A DNA stretch of 59,028 nucleotides from Myxococcales bacterium (GTDB lineage Bacteria; Desulfobacterota; Binatia; HRBIN30): contig JBBILD010000023.1 in the NCBI GenBank assembly GCA_037445065.1, positions 1 through 59,028 on the forward strand, given 5' to 3'. The notes under the pieces are model-generated. The model was not told the DNA's origin, searched no databases, and saw nothing but the letters and a program-made list of their open reading frames with translations. Positions 19,866-29,306 of this stretch are shown one piece after another; within the stretch, counting starts at the first letter, position 1; every line of letters starts with the position of its first letter. The translations under genes and the position numbers were made by a program.

Positions 19866-22280
19866 ATGGAGGAACGCTACAACCCAGCCGTGATCGAAGC
19901 GAAATGGCAACGCCGGTGGGAGGAGCGGGGTACCAACCGCGTCGATTTGGAGCAGGCAACGCGCCCCTACTACAACCTGATGATGTTCCCCTACCCGTCG
20001 GCCGAGGGACTGCACGTGGGGCATGCGTTTGCCTTTCCGGGGGCCGACATCCACGGCCGCTTTCGCCGTTTGCAGGGTTATGACGTGTTCGAGCCGATGG
20101 GCTTCGATGCCTTCGGGATTCACTCCGAGAATTACGCCCTCAAGATTGGCGCTCACCCGGCCGAACTCATCCCGCGCACGGTGGCTAAGTTTCGCTCGCA
20201 GCTCAACCGCTTGGGGCTTATGTTGGACTGGTCCCACGCCGTCGATACGACGGATCCCGGCTACTACCGCTGGACGCAGTGGATTTTTCTCAAGTTGTAT
20301 CACTTTGGGCTGGCGGAGCGGAAAAAGGCGCCGGTGAACTGGTGTCCGGCATGCCATACGGTGTTGGCGAACGAGCAGGTGATTGACGGGTACTGCGAGC
20401 GCCACCCGGAGGTCGCCGTCGAGCAGCGTTTTGCCGAGCAGTGGTTCTTTAAGATCACGCGCTACGCCGAACGGCTACTGCGCAACCTCGACTGGATCGA
20501 TTGGTCAGAGACCACCAAGACCGCACAGCGCAACTGGATCGGGCGCTCCGAAGGAGCGGCGATCGAATTTCCCTTGAACGACGGCAGCGGGTTGCGCATC
20601 CGGGTGTTTACGACCCGTCCTGACACCCTGTTCGGTGCCACCTACTTGGTGCTCGCCCCGGAGCACGAGTTGGTCGCTCGCATCACCTCGCCCGCACAGC
20701 GCGGTGCGGTGGATGCCTACGTGCAGCGCACGCTCAAGATGGACCTGGTGCGCCGCCGCTCGGTGCGCGACAAGACCGGAGTGTTCACCGGCGCGTACGC
20801 GCTGAACCCGGCCACCCAGAAGCTCATTCCGATTTGGATCGCGGATTACGTGTTGGCCGAATACGGTACGGGCGCCATCATGGCTGTGCCCGCCCATGAC
20901 CAGCGCGATTTCGAGTTTGCGGCGGCCTTTGGCTTGCCGGTTGTGCAGGTCATCCAGCCGCCTCCTGGAACGCGGGTCGAGCAAGACACTGCCTACGAGG
21001 GGCCCGGCGTACTGGTCAACAGTGGCCCGTTCGACGGCATGGCTTCGGCCGAGGCAAAAAAGGCGATTACCGCTTGGCTGGCAGAGCGAGGCTTCGGGGA
21101 GGAGCGAGTCGAGTACAAGTTGCACGACTGGTGCATTTCGCGCCAGCGCTACTGGGGGCCCCCGATCCCGATGATTTACTGCGACCACTGCGGCGTGGTG
21201 CCGGTACCGGAGCAGGACCTGCCGGTCCTGCTCCCCTTCGTAGAGAACTTCCGCCCCGATGAAAGCGGCGTGAGTCCGCTCGCGCGTGTGCGAGAGTTTT
21301 ACGAGGTGAGCTGCCCGCGCTGCCGCGCTCTGGCCCGCCGCGAGACCGATGTGTCCGATACGTTTCTCGATTCGGCCTGGTACTTCTTGCGGTACCCGTC
21401 GGCCCATCGCAGCGATGTCGCGTTCGATCCGGAACTTACTTGCAAGTGGCTGCCGGTAGACATGTACATCGGCGGGAACGAGCACGCCGTCCTGCACCTC
21501 ATGTACACCCGCTTCATCACCATGGCCTTGCACGACATGGGGTTGCTGCCCTTCGAAGAGCCGTTCCGGAAGTTCCGCGCCCATGGGTTGATCACCAAGG
21601 ATGGCGCCAAGATGTCGAAGTCGCGCGGGAACGTGGTGAACCCGGATCAGTACATTGACCAGTACGGTGCCGACGTGTTCCGCATGTACATGATGTTTCT
21701 CGGCCCGTACACCGAGGGTGGTGACTTCCGCGACGAAGGCATCGCTGGCGTGCAGCGGTTTTTGGAAGCGGTCTGGCGACTGGTGCGCCAGTTCGACCCA
21801 CAGGCGCAAGCCTCGCCAGTTTTGCGCCGGAGCGTGCACCGGACGATCGCTAAGGTGCAGGAGGATCTCGAGGAGCTGCGGTACAACACCGCCATTGCCG
21901 CCCTCATGAGCCTCGCCAACGACATCCGGCGTTACGGGCCGCCCGACCGCTGGGTGCTGGAATGCTTGCTGATCATGATCGCGCCGTTTGCGCCGCATTT
22001 GGCAGAGGAGCTGTGGGAGGCACTCGGGCACCAGACCAGTATCTTTGATGCGCGCTGGCCACAGTACGACCCGCAAGCGCTCCTGGAGGAACAGGTGGAG
22101 CTGGCCGTGCAAGTAAACGGCAAGGTGCGCGGGCGCATCACCGTGGCACGCACGGCGAGCGATGAGGAAATCGTGCGCGCCGCGCAGGAGATTCCCTCGG
22201 TGCGCGCACACCTGCAAGGGAAAACCATCCGCAAGCAGGTGGTGGTGCCCGGACGGCTCGTGAGTTTCGTGGTCGGATGA
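19866..22280 (+). CDS. leuS: Leucine--tRNA ligase
   Basis: Motifs MFPYPS.EGLHVGH, FTTRPDT (editing domain), WCISRQRYWG, KMSKS and VQVNGKVR. Confidence 0.97.
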   Translation: MEERYNPAVIEAKWQRRWEERGTNRVDLEQATRPYYNLMMFPYPSAEGLHVGHAFAFPGADIHGRFRRLQGYDVFEPMGFDAFGIHSENYALKIGAHPAELIPRTVAKFRSQLNRLGLMLDWSHAVDTTDPGYYRWTQWIFLKLYHFGLAERKKAPVNWCPACHTVLANEQVIDGYCERHPEVAVEQRFAEQWFFKITRYAERLLRNLDWIDWSETTKTAQRNWIGRSEGAAIEFPLNDGSGLRIRVFTTRPDTLFGATYLVLAPEHELVARITSPAQRGAVDAYVQRTLKMDLVRRRSVRDKTGVFTGAYALNPATQKLIPIWIADYVLAEYGTGAIMAVPAHDQRDFEFAAAFGLPVVQVIQPPPGTRVEQDTAYEGPGVLVNSGPFDGMASAEAKKAITAWLAERGFGEERVEYKLHDWCISRQRYWGPPIPMIYCDHCGVVPVPEQDLPVLLPFVENFRPDESGVSPLARVREFYEVSCPRCRALARRETDVSDTFLDSAWYFLRYPSAHRSDVAFDPELTCKWLPVDMYIGGNEHAVLHLMYTRFITMALHDMGLLPFEEPFRKFRAHGLITKDGAKMSKSRGNVVNPDQYIDQYGADVFRMYMMFLGPYTEGGDFRDEGIAGVQRFLEAVWRLVRQFDPQAQASPVLRRSVHRTIAKVQEDLEELRYNTAIAALMSLANDIRRYGPPDRWVLECLLIMIAPFAPHLAEELWEALGHQTSIFDARWPQYDPQALLEEQVELAVQVNGKVRGRITVARTASDEEIVRAAQEIPSVRAHLQGKTIRKQVVVPGRLVSFVVG

Positions 22281-22888
22281 AAGGCGCGTTACTCGGCGTG
22301 CTTCTCCTCTGCGGATGTGGCTACCACTTTGCCGGTGTGGAGGTGGGCTTGCCGCCCGAGGTGCGTAGCGTGAGTGTTGCCACGATTGACAATCGCTCTA
22401 CCGAGCAGGCGTTGGACAAGTTGCTCGCTTTCGCGTTCGAGCGGGAAGTTCTGGCACGCGGGCAACTCCGCTGGGAGCAGGCCCCGGCAGCCGCGGACGC
22501 GGTCGTGAAAGGAACCATCCGCAGCCTGAGCATCCGCCCGGTGGCATTCAACAGACGCGACGAGGCGGTGCAATATGAAGTGATTTTGTCTCTCGACTTG
22601 AGCTTGGAGCTCACCTCAGACGGCGCTGTGCTGTGGCAAGTGGAGGGATACCGGGTAGAAGGCGAGTATGCGAGCAGCCCGGGAGTCGTGGTGGTGAGTT
22701 CCGCTGCGTTTCAACAGCAGACACTCGACGCAGCCAACCTGCGCGACCCGGAGTGGAGCCCACAGGCAGCGGCGGATGCCAACGCCATCAACCCGCAACT
22801 GGCCGAGGGCTTCAAGCGGGAACTGCTGCGTGCCCTGGCCCAACGCGCGGCGCGCGACCTTTACGCGCAAATGGTGGAAGGGTTCTGA
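22277..22888 (+). CDS. lptE: LPS-assembly lipoprotein LptE-like
   Basis: Lipobox CGCGYHF and the canonical position directly after leuS. Confidence 0.75.
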   Translation: MKGALLGVLLLCGCGYHFAGVEVGLPPEVRSVSVATIDNRSTEQALDKLLAFAFEREVLARGQLRWEQAPAAADAVVKGTIRSLSIRPVAFNRRDEAVQYEVILSLDLSLELTSDGAVLWQVEGYRVEGEYASSPGVVVVSSAAFQQQTLDAANLRDPEWSPQAAADANAINPQLAEGFKRELLRALAQRAARDLYAQMVEGF

Positions 22889-22914
22889 GCATGCGCGGGC
22901 AACCCACGCCGCAC

Positions 22915-23196
22915 TCAAGCGGCCGCTTGCTGGCGCAAGCGAGCCACCCGCTGGCTCAGGCGGGCAATCCGACGGGAAGCATTGTTCCGGTGCAGCACCC
23001 CTTTGCTCACCGCCTTGGACAAGGTCTTCATGGCTAGGCGCAACTTTTCCTCTGCCGCAGCCACATTCCCTTGGGCGATGGTTTCGCGCAGCTCGCGCAG
23101 CACGTGCTTGACGCGCGTGCGCACCGCCTTGTTGCGGGCTGCGCGCTTGAGTGATTGGCGATGGCGTTTGATGGCAGACTTGTGACGTAGTGCCAC
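22915..23196 (-). CDS. rpsT: 30S ribosomal protein S20
   Basis: Motifs HKSAIKRHRQS and KGVLHRNNASRRIARL. GGAGG RBS before GTG 23196. Confidence 0.95.
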   Translation of the reverse strand: MALRHKSAIKRHRQSLKRAARNKAVRTRVKHVLRELRETIAQGNVAAAEEKLRLAMKTLSKAVSKGVLHRNNASRRIARLSQRVARLRQQAAA

Positions 23197-23227
23197 GAAC
23201 AACTACCTCCCGTGTGCGAGTCGGCCA

Positions 23228-23256
23228 TGCGTAGCGACGGCGTCTTCTTGCGTCAA
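23228..23256 (-). promoter_or_regulatory. Putative sigma70 promoter of rpsT
   Basis: TTGACG-N17-TACGCA on the minus strand; the -10 element is weak. Confidence 0.35.
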
Positions 23257-23306
23257 CCCACCGTCGCCAGTCCCTGTCTTCACCAGCGAGCAACCGGGGC
23301 CGGGGC

Positions 23307-24965
23307 GTGAGCGAGAATCGGCAAATCGCACGCGCTGCGGGTCTGGTGGCTGCTTTTACGTTCGTCAGCCGCATCGCTGGCCTCGTGCGCGATGCGGTGG
23401 TCGGATACTTCTTCGGCACTGGGCTTGCGGCCGATGCGTTCTTTGTCGCCTTTCGCATCCCGAACTTGCTGCGCCGCTTCGTTGCCGAGGGTGCCATGAG
23501 CACGGCGTTTATCCCGATTTTCACCGAGTACTGGACTCTGCGCAGCCGCAGCGAAGCGATCGAGGCGGCGCGGGTGCTGGCCACCAGCTTGGCGGTCGTG
23601 GTCGGCTCGATTGCCATGGCCGGGGTGGTGTGCGCGCCTTGGCTCACGCGCTGGTTTGCACCGGGCTTTGTTGCCGATCCGGAAAAGTTCGCGCTCACGG
23701 TGAGCCTCACCCGCTGGACCTTCCCTTACATTGCTTTGGTGAGCCTGGTGGCTCTGTGCAGCGGGATTTTGAATTCCTTGCGCCACTTTGCCGCACCCGC
23801 GATGTCGCCCATCTTCCTCAACCTGGCGATGATTGCCGCAGCGCTAGTGAGTCCCTGGCTCGACCCACCGGTTCACGCCCTCGCTTATGGGGTGGTGCTC
23901 GGGGGTGTGGTTCAGCTTCTCACCCAGCTCGTTCCGCTGTGGCGGTACGGAATCAGTTTGCGCCCGCGCTGGGATTGGGGCCATGAAGCGGTGCGGCGCG
24001 CGGGGCGCTTGATGCTCCCGATGGTCATCGGTGCGGCTGTGTACCAGATCAATTTGTTGGTAGACACCATCCTCGCCTCTGCCCTTCCACCCGGAAGCGT
24101 TTCCTATCTTTGGTATGCGGATCGCGTCTTCGAGTTCCCGCTGGGCTTGTTCGCGGTGGCGTTGGGCACTGCGGCGCTGCCCAGCTTTTCTGCTCTGGCA
24201 GCGCGTGGCGATCTCGAAGGCATGCGGCGCAGTTTGCGTTTTGCCGTGCGCTTGACCAGTTTCATCGTCCTGCCGGCCTCGGCCGGGCTCTTGCTGCTCG
24301 CCGTGCCCATCACCTCGGTTCTCTTCGAGCGCGGGGCCTTTACGTACGATCAAGCCGTGCTCACCGCACGAGCGCTGGCTGGTTTCGCGCTCGGCCTGTG
24401 GCCGGTCGCCGTGCTGCGCGTGATCGTACCGGCGTTCTACGCTCTGCAAGATACGCGCACACCGGTGTGGAGCGCAGCCGCCGCCTTCGTTGTGAACTTG
24501 CTGGCGAGCCTGTGCCTGATGGGCCCGGTGGCGGCTCGAGCCGACGCCCCCCTGCTGGTTTTGCTTGCCACCGCCACGCAGTGGCTCGGAGTGGCTGATC
24601 TGCGCCACGCGGGACTGGCGGTGGCGACTTCGGTGGCCGCCGCGGCCAACCTCGCGTTGTTGGTCGTTTGCTTGCGGCGGCGCCTCGGCCCCTTGGGCCT
24701 GCGCGAACTCGGGCCGGGTCTGGCGCGCGACGCGCTGGCGCTCGCCGCCATGTGCCCGCTCGTGTGGTGGGTGCAGGGCCTGGTGTCGTGGGAGACCGCG
24801 CCGCTTGTGGAGCGCGCGGGCTCGCTTTGCCTCGCGGTGCTGGCTGGGGCGGCGGCGTACGGGGTTGCCCACTGGTTGCTGGGTGGAGAGGAAACCGTGG
24901 CCATGCTGCGCTTGCTGCGCGGGCGCTGGCGGCGGGAGCCGAGCAGCGAACAGGCGAGCCGATAA
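23307..24965 (+). CDS. murJ: Lipid II flippase MurJ
   Basis: Motifs SRIAGLVRD, AFRIPNLLRRFVAEGA, YADRVFEFPLG and FYALQDTRTP. Confidence 0.95.
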   Translation: MSENRQIARAAGLVAAFTFVSRIAGLVRDAVVGYFFGTGLAADAFFVAFRIPNLLRRFVAEGAMSTAFIPIFTEYWTLRSRSEAIEAARVLATSLAVVVGSIAMAGVVCAPWLTRWFAPGFVADPEKFALTVSLTRWTFPYIALVSLVALCSGILNSLRHFAAPAMSPIFLNLAMIAAALVSPWLDPPVHALAYGVVLGGVVQLLTQLVPLWRYGISLRPRWDWGHEAVRRAGRLMLPMVIGAAVYQINLLVDTILASALPPGSVSYLWYADRVFEFPLGLFAVALGTAALPSFSALAARGDLEGMRRSLRFAVRLTSFIVLPASAGLLLLAVPITSVLFERGAFTYDQAVLTARALAGFALGLWPVAVLRVIVPAFYALQDTRTPVWSAAAAFVVNLLASLCLMGPVAARADAPLLVLLATATQWLGVADLRHAGLAVATSVAAAANLALLVVCLRRRLGPLGLRELGPGLARDALALAAMCPLVWWVQGLVSWETAPLVERAGSLCLAVLAGAAAYGVAHWLLGGEETVAMLRLLRGRWRREPSSEQASR

Positions 24966-25115
24966 GCAGCCAAGCGAGCGCCCGCGGGGGCGAAAGCGGC
25001 GCTGGTCCGGGGAAAGCCGGCTCGCGCCCCGGCGTCGTTGAGCGGAAGCGGCTCGTTCGGATCAGCCACGGGGGCTCGCCGCGCCACCGCTACCGGTGGC
25101 GGAGGCCCGGGACGA

Positions 25116-25901
25116 TCAGTCCGGCACGCTGCGCTTGGCGCGCTCCCACCACTCGTCCCACTGCTCGGCAGAGAGGCCGTGGGCGTCCTTGCCAGCGGCA
25201 ACAAGCTGCTCCTCGATCCACTGAAAGCGGGCGAGAAAGCGATCGTTGGCGGCCTGCAGAGCGTCTTCGGCGTGGAAGCGCAAATGACGGGCGAGAGAGG
25301 CGAGGGCAAAGAGCAGGTCGCCCAGTTCGGCGCTGATCCGCTGCCGGTCACCGGCCGCCAGCGCTGCCTCGAACTCGGCCAGCTCTTCGTGTACTTTGCC
25401 GAGCACGGCAGTAGGTTCAGCCCAATCGAACCCCACCTGCGCTGCCTTCTCCGCCAGCCGATGCGCGCGCTGCAGAGCTGGGAGAGAGCGCGGCACACCG
25501 GAGAGGAGCGAGCGGTCTTGCTCGCCTTTTTCTTCCTGCTTGATGCGGGCCCAGTTGCGCAGCACTTCAGCGGAGGTCGTGGCCGTTGCGTCACCGAACA
25601 CATGCGGGTGGCGGCGCTGCATCTTTTCATTGATCGCACGCAGCACGTCTTCGATCGTAAAGCGGCCCTGCTCGCGCGCCATTTGTGCGTGAAAGACCAC
25701 TTGCAGGAGCAGGTCGCCCAACTCCGCGCACAGCTCGGTGTCGTCTTCCCGATCGATGGCTTCGGCCACCTCGTGTGCTTCTTCGATCACGTAGCGCTTG
25801 ATGGACTGGTGCGTTTGTTCCCGATCCCAGGGGCAACCGCCTGGCCCACGCAGGCGATCCATGATGCGCACAAGCTCGCCGAACTGTTCCTCTGCACTCA
25901 T
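25116..25901 (-). CDS. mazG: Nucleoside triphosphate pyrophosphohydrolase MazG
   Basis: Motifs GCPWDREQT, EEAHEV, ELGDLL (twice), RRHPHVF and GFDW. Confidence 0.95.
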   Translation of the reverse strand: MSAEEQFGELVRIMDRLRGPGGCPWDREQTHQSIKRYVIEEAHEVAEAIDREDDTELCAELGDLLLQVVFHAQMAREQGRFTIEDVLRAINEKMQRRHPHVFGDATATTSAEVLRNWARIKQEEKGEQDRSLLSGVPRSLPALQRAHRLAEKAAQVGFDWAEPTAVLGKVHEELAEFEAALAAGDRQRISAELGDLLFALASLARHLRFHAEDALQAANDRFLARFQWIEEQLVAAGKDAHGLSAEQWDEWWERAKRSVPD

Positions 25902-26036
25902 GACCTGCAGGCGCTAGCAAGCTTGCCGGACGCCTTCCATGCCAGGCTCGAACCGTCGGTGAGAGGAGTCGCGAGAGTCCCCTTGGTTTAGCACGTGCGT
26001 TGAGTAAGTTCGGATCATACGCAGCGACCAACGGCC

Positions 26037-26306
26037 ATGGAATCCAAAGCGAGAATCGTAGTGTACACCACTACTTACTGCCCGTATTGCGTGGCGGCAA
26101 AGCGGCTGCTGAGCGAACGCGGGTTGGAGTATCAGGAAATTGACGTCACCGGGGCGGACGACCTGCGCCGCTGGCTGGTGGAGGTATCGGGCCAGCGCAC
26201 GGTCCCGCAAATTTTTATCGATGGCCGCCCGATTGGAGGGTACACCGAACTCGCTGAGCTGGACCGCAGCGGGGAACTCGCAGCTTTACTCGGGAGCGCA
26301 GCGTAG
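26037..26306 (+). CDS. grxC: Glutaredoxin 3
   Basis: Motifs CPYC, TVPQIFI and IGG. Confidence 0.92.
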   Translation: MESKARIVVYTTTYCPYCVAAKRLLSERGLEYQEIDVTGADDLRRWLVEVSGQRTVPQIFIDGRPIGGYTELAELDRSGELAALLGSAA

Positions 26307-26656
26307 GGAACCCGCGGGAACGTGGGTCCGCGATTCTCAAGGGCGCGTATCGGCCGTGCTCGGGAGCGGCAAAGAACTCTTGTTGACCTCGTTGAACTTG
26401 CCTCAACTAGCTGCCGCTCTTGCGGGATCGCTTTGCGAATCTGCACGCTTTCGCTGAAGACACAGCAGTAGGGCCCTTCGTGATCCTCGGTGAGAGCGAG
26501 CAAGACCAGTGGCGCATCTGGGAGCCACGCTAGGGCCCTTGAGCTGCCTTGAGACGCGCCTCTGCACACGGCTCGCCGCCTCGTCAATGCTTACGCGACC
26601 GTCCGGATGTTGCCCCGGAAGCGTGTTCTCGAGCGTGTCGCAGGGCGCGCCTGGGC

Positions 26657-26743
26657 GTGGGGTCGCCCCTCGTGGCCGCCCCGGGCGCGATTCCGCATCG
26701 GTGGCGTGGTTCGGACACGGGCAGGCACGAGGCCTGCCCCTAG
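26657..26743. repeat. Degenerate REP pair (REPIN-like)
   Basis: GTGGGGTCGCCCCTCGTGGCCGCCC (26657-26681) faces GGGCAGGCACGAGGCCTGCCCCTAG (26719-26743). This resembles GTAG-type REP palindromes in inverted orientation. Confidence 0.55.
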
Positions 26744-26942
26744 AGGGGCTGACGGCACGGTTCCGCTGGGGACATGAGCGTCCTTTTCGCTCGTACGAGG
26801 GGTTCGTTGAAGCCAGGGGCAGAGCTTGCGGAGACTCTGCTTGCAGGATGAGGTTCGCGCGGCAAGCGAGGCGCCGATCAAGTGGGTCGTTCGCCTGCAC
26901 TGGTGACCCGGAGGGGGGAGCCAGGGGCGTGCGTAGGGAGGG

Positions 26943-26973
26943 GGTGCGAGGGACGTGAGCGGTCCCTCGCACC
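26943..26973. repeat. Perfect 12-bp inverted repeat
   Basis: GGTGCGAGGGAC-GTGAGCG-GTCCCTCGCACC. Confidence 0.8.
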
Positions 26974-27111
26974 GTAGGCGCACGGCTTCAGGAGAGGCGG
27001 TCTCGCCAAACCCGCGCGCGCAGCCGTTCCGTCAAACGTTCGAACAGTTGGCACCAGGCGGCAGACTCGGCTGCCCGCTCGAGGCAAACGCTCGCAGCCG
27101 GTAGCCTGCGC

Positions 27112-27223
27112 CGATGGTGTGCTGCGCGAGGCACCCGCAAGGAAAAGACGAATGTGCGGGAGGAAGGAGCGGGAGGCAACGAGGGGAGGCGAAGGGTTCG
27201 TCTTTCCTTGCGAGTAGCCATCG
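27112..27223. repeat. Long imperfect inverted repeat with purine-rich spacer
   Basis: ACCCGCAAGGAAAAGACGAA (27133-27152) pairs with TTCGTCTTTCCTTGCGAGT (27197-27215), with outer CGATGG/CCATCG. Confidence 0.7.
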
Positions 27224-27470
27224 TGGGGGCATTGAGCACCTCTCGTGCCAGCGCCCCGGTTCTGGCGCGCGTGGTGAGGATGGTGAGCGGCGAGGTAAGC
27301 GAGTCCGCTGCAGCAGACTGCGGCAGGGAGCTTGTCCGCAATTTCAGACACCCGCGCTGAGCGGGTGCGAGGACGATGCTGAGCCCCAGGGCGAGGGGCT
27401 GTCGTGCAATTCAGTGCCGAAGCCGAGCCCGCTCTGAGCCTCTGGCGAGGGTACCGGGTGCGCCTGCTCT

Positions 27471-28292
27471 TTACAGATGCAAGGCGGTGGCGAGGTGCTC
27501 TGGCGTCACCCGGATGCCCACGTAAAACGGCCCGAAGATGCCGTACACAGCGCTCGCTTCGTCGTAGCGTAGCTCGTAGACGATGTCGCGAATTGCCTTG
27601 AGGTCGTGCGCAAACAAAGTGACGCCCCATTCCCAGTCATCAATGCCGGTGCAGGTGGTGATGAGCTGGGTAACCCGGTCGGCGAAGCGCCGCCCAGCCT
27701 CGCCGTGCTGGAGCATGAGCCGCTTGCGGTCCTCGAAGCTCAGGCGGTACCAGTTCTCCTGGTCGCGGCGCGCTTTTGCCATCGGGTAAAAACACACGAT
27801 GGGGTAGTTGTCCGGCAAGCGCGGATGAATGCGCGAGTCGGCGTAAATGGAAGTCCGCTTGCGCAACTGGGCAAAACGGGTGGCGAACTCGGGAGAGGTC
27901 GGATCGAGGTGCTCTTTCTCCCACAGCAGTCGCATCCAATCGATTTCGTTGGTGATGTATTCGCTCGCCTCGGTGAGCGACAAAAATTCTGCCACTGGCT
28001 CTAGGCAGGCCCCGAACGCAGTGGCAGCCAGTTGCTGACGCAAGCTTTGCGTACGGCGCAGGCTCGGATGGATCGTCATGATCCCGAAATCGAACTTGGT
28101 GACGCCTGCTTGCGGTACGATTTGCAGCTCCCGCTCGTCGAGCGAAGCAAGCCAGCGTTGCACTTCATCGATCGCGGCTGTCCGTTGCTCGGCATCGAAG
28201 CTGCGCCAACGCTGGCGCTGCAACCGGTAGAACCCGTGGAAAACGACCCATCCAGCCGACGGTCGCAGTTCGTCTTGACTCGCGTTCGACAT
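27471..28292 (-). CDS. Chlorite dismutase-family heme protein, coproheme decarboxylase (ChdC/HemQ)-like
   Basis: Motifs CFYPMAK.R, WYRL...RKRLMLQHGEAGR, GIDDWEWGVTLF and LRYDEASA.YG.FGPFYVG. Confidence 0.82.
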   Translation of the reverse strand: MSNASQDELRPSAGWVVFHGFYRLQRQRWRSFDAEQRTAAIDEVQRWLASLDERELQIVPQAGVTKFDFGIMTIHPSLRRTQSLRQQLAATAFGACLEPVAEFLSLTEASEYITNEIDWMRLLWEKEHLDPTSPEFATRFAQLRKRTSIYADSRIHPRLPDNYPIVCFYPMAKARRDQENWYRLSFEDRKRLMLQHGEAGRRFADRVTQLITTCTGIDDWEWGVTLFAHDLKAIRDIVYELRYDEASAVYGIFGPFYVGIRVTPEHLATALHL

Positions 28293-28575
28293 GTCCTCAG
28301 CCTCGCGCTTCCCTACATAACCCTCACTCAGCCTGCAACGCGGCCGGCGCACAGGCCGCGGACTCCCCGCGCTGCCCAATTCGCGCACCCCTTGCTAGCC
28401 CGGCGCCGGTTGGGTCCGGTGGCGGTCCGCGACCTGAGAACTCGGCATCCGGGCGCAGGCCGGGTCCCCACTGCTGCGCCGCGATTCGCACGGCTCGGAA
28501 CGGCTCCCTTGGCTGCCTCCTGGCCGCGGTGGAACCCTTGCGCGCCGGGACCAGCGGGTCCAATTCGTCCGCCGT

Positions 28576-29113
28576 TTGTTCCAGTTCGGCCACCTCCGCA
28601 GTGAGCCCGTGGTAGCTCGCGCCGTGGGGCTCCCTCAGCCCACACTGCATCATTGGTTGAACCCGCTCGAGACCTCGCACTTTTTGCTGTGCCGTCCAGC
28701 CTACGCCCGTGGCTGCACCAAGCGACTCATCAGGTCGCCCAAACTCTCCTCGAGCGACATCGGGCTCGCCCCTTGACCTCGCGGGGCTGGAAGAGCCTAC
28801 GGGCGCTTCCCTGGAGAACCTGGTGCTGCCGGACTTCGTCGCCGGGCGGGACGCGCGCTCGGACCGTACCGAGGTGCACGACTGGCGCGCGGCCGTGCGA
28901 CAGGAAGTGGACTTCGTGGTCGAGAGCGGCGGCCACCTGATGCCGGTCGAGGTCAGTGCCACCTCCTGCCCACGCCTGGTGGACGCCGCCAGCTTCAGCC
29001 TTCTCCGCGCTGAGTACGGCGAGCACGCTCGGGCTGGACTTCTGCTCCACACCGGTAAAACGCGCGAGTGGCTGGCACCGGGAATCTTGGCAGCTCCGTG
29101 GTGGAGGGTGTTG
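28576..29113 (+). pseudogene. Remnant of an AAA ATPase-DUF4143 gene (C-terminal half)
   Basis: VGLPQPTLHHWLNPLETS..KRLIRSPKL..DIGLA, a frameshift near 28770, then LENLVL...QEVDFVVE...PVEV...AAPWWRVL. No N-terminal ATPase is visible. Confidence 0.72.
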
Positions 29114-29306
29114 GTTGTAAGAGCAGCCTCGGGCGCCGGCAGCCGACCTAGCGGTACGGGTTCGCTTGCGCACGGAAAGCTCGGAGCTTCGCCTTGCCGA
29201 GTCCGTTGCCTTCGCGCCTCTTCCCCGCCGGAAAACATCTCGCGCCTGCGGATGATGGGTCCCGCCCCTCGTGACCCAGCCTCCGGCCGCCGATAGAATC
29301 GCATGC

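Noticed and set aside
26307..26650. tmRNA, RNase P RNA, 6S or SRP RNA identity for the gap after grxC
   Set aside because: No tRNA-like ends, tag peptide, or RNase P/SRP signature was found, so it is left as an unidentified structured region.
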